Below are positions 18,208 through 26,903 of a DNA stretch of 32,000 nt, in pieces. The DNA is from Pirellula staleyi DSM 6068. Its GTDB lineage: Bacteria > Planctomycetota > Planctomycetia > Pirellulales > Pirellulaceae. The notes under the pieces are model-generated. The model did not search any database and was not told where the DNA came from. It was given only the letters and a program-made list of their open reading frames with translations. Position 1 is the first letter of the stretch. Every line of letters begins with the position of its first letter. A program made the translations under genes and the position numbers. The stretch spans positions 510,001 to 542,000 of the forward strand of contig CP001848.1 of NCBI GenBank assembly GCA_000025185.1, given 5' to 3'.

Positions 18208-18340
18208 CCATGGCTGTTCCGCGCGATGTGTTCCTCGCTAACCACGAGCTGCATGATCGTGCGTTTCGCCGTTTCTTGATCGCACTCGCTTCGGCTCGCG
18301 CTCACGAAATGCTTGCGGCAAGCGCTCGGACTCCCTTACG

Positions 18341-19012
18341 ATGAAACGTAACGAAAGGAGCCCTGCCGTGATCCATTTTCTTCTGCGCCGTCGCCAAGCC
18401 ATCTTCTTCGCGGCCGGACTCGTGGCGAGCCAGTCCCTCGCGTCCATCGCTCTCGCTCAGCAGCCCACCACGGTTCAGCTCCCGACGTTTCGATTCTTTT
18501 CGGTCAGCACCACCGTTTCGGTCCCCGATCGAGGGAGTACCTACTTGGGTGGCATCGGCAGCAGCGGATCGCGTTCGACTTCACGCGGCATCGGTCCGCT
18601 GGCCAATCGAGCTGGGACTCACGACACAGGTGCTTCGGGCATGAGTGTCTCGGCCACGATTCACGACTTCGAGGCGATGGACAAAGCGCTTCTCGCGGAA
18701 GCGAGTCTCCACCGAGCTCCATGGCGTGAGGGGGTCGATATCGCCGCCGAGATGCGCAGTATCGAAGCACGCCGCGCAGCCACCAGCGAGGCTCTACCGG
18801 GAAGTGTCGCGTCGATCAAAGCCGAGAAGGCGGCTGAAGAAGCGGAGAAAACAGCCGAGCTGCGCGAACTGCTCACGAAGGCCCAGGCGTACGAGAACCA
18901 GGGGAAGCCGGCCGTCGCGAAAGCCTTCTATCAGATGGTTGCCCGGCGTGGCAGCGGCGAGCTCGCCCGCTTTGCCGCCGAACGTCTACAGGCTCTCCAG
19001 ACGACGCGTTAA
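18341..19012 (+). CDS. secreted hypothetical protein
   Basis: 223 aa with signal peptide '...FFAAGLVASQSLASIALAQQ'. It has a Ser/Gly-rich central part and an alpha-helical C-terminus ('AEKAAEEAEKTAELRELLTKAQAYENQGKPAVAKAFYQMV', TPR-like). I recognise no family. Confidence 0.55.
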   Translation: MKRNERSPAVIHFLLRRRQAIFFAAGLVASQSLASIALAQQPTTVQLPTFRFFSVSTTVSVPDRGSTYLGGIGSSGSRSTSRGIGPLANRAGTHDTGASGMSVSATIHDFEAMDKALLAEASLHRAPWREGVDIAAEMRSIEARRAATSEALPGSVASIKAEKAAEEAEKTAELRELLTKAQAYENQGKPAVAKAFYQMVARRGSGELARFAAERLQALQTTR

Positions 19013-19088
19013 AACGTGATTGAGCCAGCGGAGAAGCATCCGCTCTCTAGCTCACCTGCGCTCTCAAAAAACCAAGCCTTCCGCAAAT

Positions 19089-19138
19089 AAAAAAAGAGTG
19101 GCACCGCCAGATCACCAGCAGTGCCACTCTTCGATTTT
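19089..19138. terminator. bidirectional rho-independent terminator between convergent genes
   Basis: A7 (19089-19095), then a perfect 10-bp stem AGAGTGGCAC (19095-19104) / GTGCCACTCT (19121-19130) with a 16-nt loop, then TCGATTTT. Confidence 0.7.
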
Positions 19139-19160
19139 CATTGCAACCTAGCGCGATCAG

Positions 19161-21521
19161 CTACTCAATCTGATACGCCTGGCCACGCAGCTTGACGAGC
19201 AGCTCTTCACCCGCCTGCTGTGTTGCGAGGATCGCATTTTCATCGGCGGTGTTCTCGCTCACGAGCTTGAAATACTCGTCGCTAAACCGCTTAATCTTTT
19301 TGATCTTCGCAGCATCTTTCTCTTCGCAAACATCGGTCGCGTTGTCGGCGATCCAAAGTTTTCCACGACGATAGAGCGTACTGTTACCAGCATTCTGCAC
19401 GGCCGAAGCGGTGACTTCTTCATCCGTCTCGACGTTGCGGAACCTCGCAGCGCCACCGCCACCACCTAAAGCAAGTCCATCAGCACCACGAGCGTTGGCA
19501 GAAGCAGGTCCGGCAGCATACGGGACACCGGCAGCCTCTTGGAGTTGCTTTTTCTCAGCTCGCTGAGCAAATCCCGATTGACCACCAGCTTGGTCAAGTT
19601 GCTTGAGGCTGAGATTCGCGCGATCCAGATTGCGGCGCGAATCGGCCAGTTCTGAAGGCTTCGCTTGATCGTCGGCCAGAAACGATGTGTAAGGGGTCAG
19701 GATGCCGTGCTTGGTCGACAGCGCCACGAGCTCCTTCACCAGTTCATCGTTCATTCCCTTCAGATCAATCTCGTCGATGATCTCGCCAATCCGCCGCATC
19801 GCCCACAGCTTCTCCACAAAACCGTGCGTTTGATCGATCGATTTTTCGACGAAACTGGCAGGGAAATCGAACTTCTTGTCTTCTCCCTTCAGCTTACCGC
19901 TGAGGGTAATTTTGGCATTACCGCTCTTCTTATACCGCCCCGCAATCACCAGCTGTTCGCCCGAGAAGATGTCCATCACCTGCTTGGGATACATACGATT
20001 CACAGCCGACGACGAGTCCCCTGCTCCTTCGATATCGATGCTCACCTTCACATCGGTTAGCACTGGCGAGCTCATCTTCGAGTAGAGACGGCTTACCGAA
20101 GCTTCCAAGTTTTCGTCAGGACGCACGTATTGGCTCTGACCAAAGTTTTCGCGGCTCATACGATCGAGCAGTCGGCTGTTCACGTCGTAGCCAACGCCAA
20201 AGTTGATCATCCGTGCGCGGTGCACGTTCTTTTGCTTCGCAAGTTCAACAATCTTTCCTTCGTTCGTTTCGCCAGCGGTGGGGAGACCGTCGGTGAGGAA
20301 CAAAATGTAGTTCGGACGATCGCTACCCGTGAGCATGGCAAACGCCGAGTCGAGCGCGCCGCTGATGTTCGTGCTTCCACCGGCATACAACCCGTCGACA
20401 TACGCCAGCGCACTCTTGCGCGTGGCATCGTCGAACTTCTGCAACTCTGGCTTGAAGCTTTCCACCGTACTGTCGTAGGCCACGATGTTAAACGTGTCCC
20501 CTTCGTGCAGATTGTTCAGCACATAGCGCATCGCTTCGCGGGCTTGCTCGATCTTCTTCCCCTGCATGCTTCCACTTCGATCGACCACGAAAATCACGGT
20601 CTTTTTCGTTAAATCGACCTCCCCTTGCGAGTGATTGGGGCTCGCCAGCATCAGGAAGAAACCTTCATCGGAATTGTCCGGACGATATGACAGCACACTC
20701 GCGGCGAGTGGCGCATCTCCCACGTCGTAGAGCAACCGAAAATCGGTGGTTGGCAGATAGTTCGACGCTTCGAATTTCACCGTGGCATGCTTTTCATCGG
20801 GACGCTTCACGTCCACGGCATGCGTCGGGCTATAGACACTCTTGATTGCAATGCTGCTCTCGATGGTCGCTTCGAGTGAGACTTTTTCGATCGGCGTATT
20901 GGTGTAGCGCGCGGTCGCCATCGGAATCAGCAGATCGGTCAAGCGATGCTCTTGACGGAGCAATTGGCTGAAGCGAATCGTGACCTTGCGTTCCGCACCA
21001 GGTGGTACCGGAAAGACGCTCGTTTGAAACATGCCGCGGCCAACCCATTCCAGCAGCGCGGGGTCTTGGCTCCGGCGAACGTAGCCTTCGTAGATCTCGC
21101 GAGCTTTCTTCGCCTCGAGCAGTTTTGCGTCATACTCTTTGCCATCCACTAGGAAAGTCATCCGGTCGATCGCTCCGTCATAAGGGAGCGGAAAGACGAG
21201 CGAAACTTCCATCTGCTGGCTGCCGGTATTCACAAAACTTTGCGTCACCTGCACCTGGGCGATTTGATCGACCACCTTGGCGGTGTATGCGAGCTCTTTG
21301 ATCTTGTACGACATCGTCGGGGGTGACGGCGGCGTCGGCATCGGACGTGGCAACGGAATTGGATGCGGATGATTCACAATCACCAGCACCCCCTGGGCCA
21401 TCGCCAGCGAACTAGCCAAAGCGACGAAAACGAGCGGCAACAGCGCCGGCATTACGGCGGCGAGCATCGCTCGCGCAGCACGCGCCAAGGGAAAGTGGGA
21501 ATTTGCCCAAAGAGTTGTCAT
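19161..21521 (-). CDS. VIT (vault/inter-alpha-trypsin) plus von Willebrand factor A domain protein, secreted
   Basis: About 786 aa from ATG 21521, with GGAGGA upstream; the track opens at 21725. It has a signal peptide. The VIT block is 'MSYKIKELAYTAKVVDQIAQVQVTQSFVN...MEVSLVFPLP'. The vWA MIDAS motif is 'VIFVVDRSGSMQGKKI' with 'ILFLTDGLPT'. Confidence 0.9.
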   Translation of the reverse strand: MTTLWANSHFPLARAARAMLAAVMPALLPLVFVALASSLAMAQGVLVIVNHPHPIPLPRPMPTPPSPPTMSYKIKELAYTAKVVDQIAQVQVTQSFVNTGSQQMEVSLVFPLPYDGAIDRMTFLVDGKEYDAKLLEAKKAREIYEGYVRRSQDPALLEWVGRGMFQTSVFPVPPGAERKVTIRFSQLLRQEHRLTDLLIPMATARYTNTPIEKVSLEATIESSIAIKSVYSPTHAVDVKRPDEKHATVKFEASNYLPTTDFRLLYDVGDAPLAASVLSYRPDNSDEGFFLMLASPNHSQGEVDLTKKTVIFVVDRSGSMQGKKIEQAREAMRYVLNNLHEGDTFNIVAYDSTVESFKPELQKFDDATRKSALAYVDGLYAGGSTNISGALDSAFAMLTGSDRPNYILFLTDGLPTAGETNEGKIVELAKQKNVHRARMINFGVGYDVNSRLLDRMSRENFGQSQYVRPDENLEASVSRLYSKMSSPVLTDVKVSIDIEGAGDSSSAVNRMYPKQVMDIFSGEQLVIAGRYKKSGNAKITLSGKLKGEDKKFDFPASFVEKSIDQTHGFVEKLWAMRRIGEIIDEIDLKGMNDELVKELVALSTKHGILTPYTSFLADDQAKPSELADSRRNLDRANLSLKQLDQAGGQSGFAQRAEKKQLQEAAGVPYAAGPASANARGADGLALGGGGGAARFRNVETDEEVTASAVQNAGNSTLYRRGKLWIADNATDVCEEKDAAKIKKIKRFSDEYFKLVSENTADENAILATQQAGEELLVKLRGQAYQIE

Positions 21522-21766
21522 CGCCTGTTCCTCCGAGATAAGAGCCGGTGTGATCTTCCTGTGAGAGCCCCAGGAAACATTCCACCAGCCGACAAGAGTT
21601 GCCCACCGATGAGACGACGCACCCAGCCTGTTGGTTTTCAGTCCCGCGAGGGAATCAGCCTCGAGGCAGGTGATGCGCGACTCATTCTGAGGCGTTTGCC
21701 ACTCGCGAAGCAACCAGCGTGACAACGGTGTTACGCTGGGGCGTCAAACGGGCGAGACGAGGCAAG

Positions 21767-22375
21767 CTACGTAAGCCGCCGGTCGAACGGCTTCACTTCA
21801 GCCTCGGTTGCTGGAAGCGAAACGCGGGCCAGCAGATCGGCTGGCGTTGTCGCCACACGCAGCAGGTTGTGCGTTGCAGCTGTCATGAACCGCTGGCTCA
21901 CCGCGTGCTCGAGAAAAGCCAAGAGTGGCGTGTAGTAGCCAGCTGTATTCAGCAGACCGATCGGTTTTTGATGAATCGCAAGCTGAGCCCAGGTGAAGAC
22001 TTCGAACAATTCTTCGAACGTGCCGATTCCCCCGGGAAGTGCGACAAAAGCATCGCTCTCTTCGGCCATGATGGCCTTCCGCTCGTGCATCGAGGTCACC
22101 ACGCGAAGTTCCGTGACATCGAGGTAGGCCACTTCGCGTTCGGCCAACATCTGGGGGATCACCCCCAGCACTTCGCCCCCTGCTTTCAGCGCGGCATCGG
22201 CCACTTCCCCCATCAAGCCGACGTTGCCGCCGCCATAGACGAGTCGTATGCCGCCTGCGGCAAGCAACTGACCAAGCTCTCGCGCATGCTGGGCGTACTG
22301 GGGGTCGTTTCCCAAACTACTTCCACAAAAAACACAAACGCTGCGGAGCTTGGTCACAGAACTACCTACTATCAA
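21767..22375 (-). CDS. LOG family protein (cytokinin riboside 5'-monophosphate phosphoribohydrolase / TIGR00730)
   Basis: 'VCVFCGSS', 'LVYGGGNVGLMG', 'MHERKAIM' and 'ALPGGIGTFEELFE' are LOG signatures. The track start is TTG 22375; GTG 22357 ('MTKLRSVCVF') is an alternative. Confidence 0.9.
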   Translation of the reverse strand: MIVGSSVTKLRSVCVFCGSSLGNDPQYAQHARELGQLLAAGGIRLVYGGGNVGLMGEVADAALKAGGEVLGVIPQMLAEREVAYLDVTELRVVTSMHERKAIMAEESDAFVALPGGIGTFEELFEVFTWAQLAIHQKPIGLLNTAGYYTPLLAFLEHAVSQRFMTAATHNLLRVATTPADLLARVSLPATEAEVKPFDRRLT

Positions 22376-22416
22376 TCCGAGAACCTCGAGGGGACCGGCC
22401 TGAATCGAAATCGACG

Positions 22417-23976
22417 CTAAGCCGATTCGATTCCCGGCTTGGTCTGTTCTACCACGAAGCTGGCCCGCTTCACGAGTGGTGCGCCGGGCCGATCGACATA
22501 GGGAACCGTGCAGAAATCAGTGGTCCACTTCTCGGGTGTCACTTCGCAGCGCACATACCCGCGCTCTGCATTGTGGAACTTTACGAACGGATTTTCGGCA
22601 ATCGCGGCAAGCACACTTGGTGTTGCTTCGGCGCCGTTACCACCCGAACTAATACTGGTCCCAACGAACTCACTAGCCACCACCTTCGAATCGAGGTTAT
22701 CGAAATCGGCAATCAGGTTATTGGCCCAGTTGGTATGAATGTCGCCTGTCAAAACGACAGGACCAGGAACTTTAAGATCATTAAACGCTTTTAAGAGGCG
22801 GCGACGATTGATCTCATAACCGGGCCACTGATCCATACTAAAGGTCTGCTCGGGACCCGCTTTACGATCACTGCGGGCCATCATCACCTGCTGCGCGAGG
22901 ATATTCCATTTGCTCTTGGTGGTCGCAAGGCCGTCGAGCAGCCACTTCTCTTGCTTCTCTCCCAGCAGCGTTTGCTTCGGGTCGAGTGCTTCAGAGCACT
23001 GCGGCTTGTTCCCATCGCCACAGGGCTGATCGCTCCGATACTGGCGTGTGTCGAGCACGTCGAAAGTGGCCAGATTTCCGTAGTGCAGCCGACGATAGAG
23101 GAGCATATCGGGCCCCTTCGGCAAGCAGGCTTTGCGGAGCGGCATATGCTCGTAGTAGGCCTGATAGGCACTAGCGCGCCGCGCAAGAAAATCTTCCTTC
23201 TTGACGTTCGCCTCTTCCGAAATATCAGCTGCGCAGTTGTTATCGAACTCGTGATCGTCCCACGTTACAATCCACGGCACTTGCTGATGCATCGCCTGTA
23301 AGAAGATATCGGTCTTATATTGAGCATGACGATTGCGGTAGTCGTCGAGCGTATTAATCTCGGGGCCGACATGGGTGCGAAGTCCATCAGGACGTCCCTT
23401 CCCCTCATAAATATAGTCACCCAAGTGAACTACTAAATCTAAACCATCCTGGGCCATATGCTCATAAGCAGTGTAAAGCCCCGATTCCCAGTGCTGACAG
23501 CTCGCAAAAGCAAAACGCATCTTGCTGGCCACTGTCTCGATGGTCGGCATGGTGCGTGTGCGACCAATGGGGCTCAATTCGCCGGCCGCTTTGAAGCGAA
23601 AGAAGTACCAGCGATCGGGCGCGAGGCCATCGACCTCGACATGTACACAGTGACCCCACTCGGGCGTCGCGGTGGTGGTCCCTTCGCGGACGATTTTTGT
23701 CATCCCCTCGTCGTCGGCAACTTGCCACGACACTTCCACCGCTTCCTTGGGCATGCCACCCCCTTCTAGCGGTTTCGGGGCAAGCCGCGTCCAGATCACG
23801 ACACTCTTCGAATCGGGATCTCCCGACGCAACACCGAGCTGAAACGGGTTATCGGCCAGGTTGACGTTCTTAAGCGTGATGCCAAGCGCTCGGTCCGACC
23901 ACATCGCAGCAGCGGCGAGTGAAGCGGTTCCGAGCAAAAATCCCCGGCGGCTGACATCGATGATGCGGCGGGCCAT
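22417..23976 (-). CDS. phoD: alkaline phosphatase D family (PhoD-like) with Tat signal
   Basis: About 519 aa from ATG 23976 ('MARRIIDVSRRGFLLGTASLAAAAMW', twin-arginine leader). It has the PhoD N-terminal block 'FQLGVASGDPDSKSVVIWTRL' and metallophosphatase motifs 'VHLGDYIYE' and 'WDDHEFDNN'. The track opens at 24063. Confidence 0.9.
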   Translation of the reverse strand: MARRIIDVSRRGFLLGTASLAAAAMWSDRALGITLKNVNLADNPFQLGVASGDPDSKSVVIWTRLAPKPLEGGGMPKEAVEVSWQVADDEGMTKIVREGTTTATPEWGHCVHVEVDGLAPDRWYFFRFKAAGELSPIGRTRTMPTIETVASKMRFAFASCQHWESGLYTAYEHMAQDGLDLVVHLGDYIYEGKGRPDGLRTHVGPEINTLDDYRNRHAQYKTDIFLQAMHQQVPWIVTWDDHEFDNNCAADISEEANVKKEDFLARRASAYQAYYEHMPLRKACLPKGPDMLLYRRLHYGNLATFDVLDTRQYRSDQPCGDGNKPQCSEALDPKQTLLGEKQEKWLLDGLATTKSKWNILAQQVMMARSDRKAGPEQTFSMDQWPGYEINRRRLLKAFNDLKVPGPVVLTGDIHTNWANNLIADFDNLDSKVVASEFVGTSISSGGNGAEATPSVLAAIAENPFVKFHNAERGYVRCEVTPEKWTTDFCTVPYVDRPGAPLVKRASFVVEQTKPGIESA

Positions 23977-24147
23977 AGAAATTTTCCATTGCGAGTGTGA
24001 TCGGTCGAGAGTCCACACGCTCGCTGCTGGCGGACGCGTGGCGGTCGCTGAACCGGGCAGCATACGGGGAGAGGTTGGCGCGCTCTACCCTTAGCGAAAA
24101 CATTCGCGGAAAATTCAAACTTTGTACTACACAATCGAGGGAGCCAA

Positions 24148-24687
24148 TCAGGCCCCAGCAGCGGCGCGACGCTTCTCGTCGCCGACAAGCTTGTAGTGCA
24201 TGTTGATGTAGGCCGAGCGCATCAAACGGGAGTAGCCACTTTTCTTCAGCTCGGCTCGCTTGACCTCGCGCAGCTGTGGAGACGAAAGTCGCAACCCTTC
24301 CTCGAACTCGCGCATCGCGCAGCGCTCGGCATACGGAATGTCGTCCTTGCGTTTCTCGATGCGCATCGAAGCGACGGCATAGGGAGCGGAATAGCTACGC
24401 AGCCCCACGAACGTTTGCATGTTGGCAATAGCGTGCTCGAGTGTCAGCACAGTGCGACAAGCGGCTGTCGACTCCGCTTCCACCACAAGCACAAAAACGA
24501 GCCCGCAACTGGCCAGCAGCAGTTGATTCACTTCGTTGATCTGCCCGCCAAATGGGACCGCACTTGCGAGCTCTTTGGCGAGATCGGTAGCCTCACGTGC
24601 ACGCTCGACCCAGCGATCTTCCGCATGGCGGCTCATCCGCACCCATCGTCCGGTCACGTCGTTACGAATCAAGCGTGGCTCGTACAT
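24148..24687 (-). CDS. hypothetical protein; N-terminal part weakly DUF4258/RelE-fold-like
   Basis: 179 aa from ATG 24687 with GGAGG 5-6 nt upstream. 'VRMSRHAEDRWVERA' resembles the HAxxRxxER motif of DUF4258 proteins, followed by 'GLVFVLVVE....RTVLT'. The family call is from memory and low confidence. Confidence 0.5.
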   Translation of the reverse strand: MYEPRLIRNDVTGRWVRMSRHAEDRWVERAREATDLAKELASAVPFGGQINEVNQLLLASCGLVFVLVVEAESTAACRTVLTLEHAIANMQTFVGLRSYSAPYAVASMRIEKRKDDIPYAERCAMREFEEGLRLSSPQLREVKRAELKKSGYSRLMRSAYINMHYKLVGDEKRRAAAGA

Positions 24688-25036
24688 CGTCCCTCCCTGT
24701 GGTGCTAATCAAGGAAAGCTATCCGTTCTGCATCCCAGCATGGACTTTGGGAATTGTACTAATCTTCTCCGAAAACTCGCACACTTTTTCTGATGATTTG
24801 CGGTAGGTCGCCGACCTAGGCACGAGCCCGCTGCTGTCACTTTTCTCCTAGCTGCCTCACGACATCAACCGCCTGCTATCGCCACCAGCCGAGCTCTCCT
24901 GTCTTCCCCTTGCTGACCAACTTCATGGCGGATGCTAAACTCGAAGTCGGCTGGCAATGCGGGGGCTGCTTCTTTCCGAGACGAGACTAGAAACACCGCC
25001 CCCATTTGCAGCAACTTCTTTCTAGATAGCCACTTG

Positions 25037-25077
25037 GCCCTGGTAGCTCAGAGGATAGAGCACCGGTTTCCTAAACC
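25037..25077 (+). pseudogene. 5-prime fragment (positions about 1-41) of a tRNA-Arg(CCT) gene
   Basis: GCCCTGG TA GCTC AGAGGATA GAGC A CCGGT TTCCTAA ACC, with anticodon CCT at 25070-25072. The following bases TCGGCAATTTTTG do not complete the anticodon stem. I found no T-arm or acceptor 3-prime strand (CCAGGGC) downstream. Confidence 0.7.
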
Positions 25078-25192
25078 TCGGCAATTTTTGCGATGGCGTA
25101 GGATGCCCCGCTGCAAGGATTTCAGCGGGATTTAGTAGAAATTAGGGAGCAAGCAATTCGCAGTCTTCTTGCGAAAGTGGTCACAGTTGAGG

Positions 25193-25489
25193 TCACATGT
25201 CGCAGTCGGCGATGACTACTGCCCGGACATTGGTTCCTCGTGCCTCGGCCTCACCATTGAAGCCAAACGCAAAGCCATCTGCATCCTCGCGCTCCGTGCC
25301 AGCCTCCACGGCCTCTGCTTCGTCAATGTCGATTGCCACAACTGAATAGAGGTACTCGCTGGGAGCGACATCGCTCAAAGGAATGGGGGCGACGTCACGC
25401 ATCCGCTCGGCATAGAAGCCACGCTCGCAGCCCTCATCTAAGTCGACTCCACACACGAGTGTCTTGCCGCGATTGACGAGCGGCTGCAT
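25193..25489 (-). CDS. small acidic hypothetical protein (start uncertain)
   Basis: The conservative model is ATG 25489 (98 aa, 'MQPLVNRGKTLVCGVDLDEG...'). The open frame extends to 25684 and overlaps the upstream ORF. Third-position GC favours this frame upstream of 25489. Confidence 0.4.
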   Translation of the reverse strand: MQPLVNRGKTLVCGVDLDEGCERGFYAERMRDVAPIPLSDVAPSEYLYSVVAIDIDEAEAVEAGTEREDADGFAFGFNGEAEARGTNVRAVVIADCDM

Positions 25490-25520
25490 GGCCACGGTCA
25501 ACGGATCGAGCGGCTCACGA

Positions 25521-26579
25521 TCAATGTCGCGTATCCGCTCGATCCGAATCCACCTCCGCTCGTAGCGCGGACGAAAACCGATTACGTTCGTCCTCGAGCA
25601 AGTCATCGAGATCATCAGGATCATCGTCAGGCTTGATCGTGAACTGTTCGGCAGCTCCGGTGGGTGGACTGACGGGTGGTGCACCGGCAGCTGGGGCAGG
25701 ATTGGCGCTCGCCTTCTCCGCTTCGTACTCTTCCATCATTCGCGTCAGGAACTTGAACTGAGGGGTTTCCTGCAGCATTGCCATCAACTTGGGAAGGTCA
25801 GCTTCCATCGCAGAATCCTTATCGGCCGTGTATTGCACCGGCTCTTTGGTGAACGTGTTAGAACCGGCAGCCATCGCTGCCACGGTGTATTTCTCGACAG
25901 TGGCTCCTTCGTGAGGGAGCACCGTGAATTGACCTTGCGAATACTTGGCTGGCATTTGGAGCCGAGGAGCCTCAGCGCCGACTGCAGCGACCGGATGAAA
26001 GCGCATCCGGCCATCCTTGAACGTCCACAGCTCGACGCTGCGGTACGGTTTGGTATTGAGGACCTGCTTGGAATCGCGGAGGTGATACTCGTCGGCGAAG
26101 ATTGCCCAGCGAGGATTTTCGCGACCGATCATGCCAAGTCGCATTGGGCCGCAGTAGCCGAGCACATCAGGCTCTTTGCCATTTGGGTCGGCGCGATCTG
26201 GCGTGTGATGCGATGAGAGCGCGGGAAACGCACCGATGTCACGAGCCTCGCGACCATGCTGGCGAACGATTTTGGTGAGCTCGCGCACGGTGTACTTGCG
26301 GGGCTGACCGTCACTGCCGATCGTCTCATGCTCGGCAAAGATGCAGTGCTTGGCGGATGGCTCAAAGCGATCGGCCGTGAACTTGCTGCGAGCTACCTTC
26401 TCATCAGCGCTCTGGCCACGATGCGCTGCCCATGAACTCCACACAAGCGAGTTTCGCTCGTCGGGATCTGGTACACGAGAAATCAGTTCCCGATGCGCAC
26501 GAATGGTGTATCGCTCGAGCGACTCATCCGCTTGCGGAACTGGTGCTTGTGGTAGCTGTCTGGAAGATGAAGTGACCAA
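25521..26579 (-). CDS. phage-like protein, possible prohead protease/scaffold remnant
   Basis: 352-aa ORF that opens at TTG 26579, with no ATG before about residue 147. Blocks 'HCIFAEHET', 'PALSSHHT', 'PDVLGYCGPMRLG' and 'YRSVELW', then an Ala/Pro linker and the acidic tail 'DDDPDDLDDLLEDE', recall Mu gpI-type protease/scaffold proteins. This is from memory, not a search. Confidence 0.4.
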   Translation of the reverse strand: MVTSSSRQLPQAPVPQADESLERYTIRAHRELISRVPDPDERNSLVWSSWAAHRGQSADEKVARSKFTADRFEPSAKHCIFAEHETIGSDGQPRKYTVRELTKIVRQHGREARDIGAFPALSSHHTPDRADPNGKEPDVLGYCGPMRLGMIGRENPRWAIFADEYHLRDSKQVLNTKPYRSVELWTFKDGRMRFHPVAAVGAEAPRLQMPAKYSQGQFTVLPHEGATVEKYTVAAMAAGSNTFTKEPVQYTADKDSAMEADLPKLMAMLQETPQFKFLTRMMEEYEAEKASANPAPAAGAPPVSPPTGAAEQFTIKPDDDPDDLDDLLEDERNRFSSALRAEVDSDRADTRH

Positions 26580-26675
26580 GTTGGCATTGCTTTTAGACCG
26601 CTATGCCTTGTTAGATGTCATTCTTCAAATACAAGAGGTTCTGTCAAATGGCCACAAAAAGAAAAGTACTCATTG

Positions 26676-26689
26676 CCCCCCCCCCCCCC
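26676..26689. repeat. C14 (G14 on the coding strand) homopolymeric tract in an AT-rich intergenic spacer
   Basis: Direct count: 'cattg' followed by 14 C, then 'atttgag'. Confidence 0.95.
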
Positions 26690-26708
26690 ATTTGAGCGTT
26701 GATGTGAG

Positions 26709-26903
26709 CTAGTCCTTGTGATCAGTCTCTTTGACGATATCGTCATTTGCCGTAGGGGGTAGCTGCAATTCTTTTCGCAACCGCTCAATCGTCTCTAATG
26801 CGATAGACCTAGCAGACCGGCGATGCCTAGACTGTGAATGAACACCTCGAGCAGGCAACTCCTCAGTGCTGTCATCGTCGTCGTGATCAACTTCGTTGCT
26901 CAT
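26709..26903 (-). CDS. 64-aa hypothetical protein translationally coupled to the zincin-like ORF
   Basis: Its ATG (26903-26901) overlaps the upstream TGA (26902-26900). It has acidic termini and a basic core, 'RHRRSARSIALETIERLRKEL'. The track opens 9 codons earlier. Confidence 0.4.
   Translation of the reverse strand: MSNEVDHDDDDSTEELPARGVHSQSRHRRSARSIALETIERLRKELQLPPTANDDIVKETDHKD

Noticed and set aside
21522-21725. 68-codon N-terminal extension of the VIT-vWA ORF
   Set aside because: The internal ATG 21521 has a GGAGGA SD and begins a proper signal peptide. The extension has no signal-like features.
24804-24818. Perfect 15-nt palindrome TAGGTCG-C-CGACCTA upstream of the tRNA stub
   Set aside because: It is too short to distinguish from chance in 32 kb of GC-rich DNA, and there is no repeated copy or adjacent regulator gene.
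24932-25135. 67-aa plus-strand ORF
   Set aside because: It reads straight through the tRNA-Arg fragment and has no SD, so it is an artefact.
25078-25400. A possible group I intron interrupting the tRNA-Arg(CCT) gene (there is precedent for introns in bacterial tRNA anticodon loops)
   Set aside because: The break is after position ~41, not within the anticodon loop. No 3-prime exon (ACCGG..T-arm..CCAGGGC) is visible within the window. The downstream sequence immediately becomes the 3-prime end of a minus-strand ORF.
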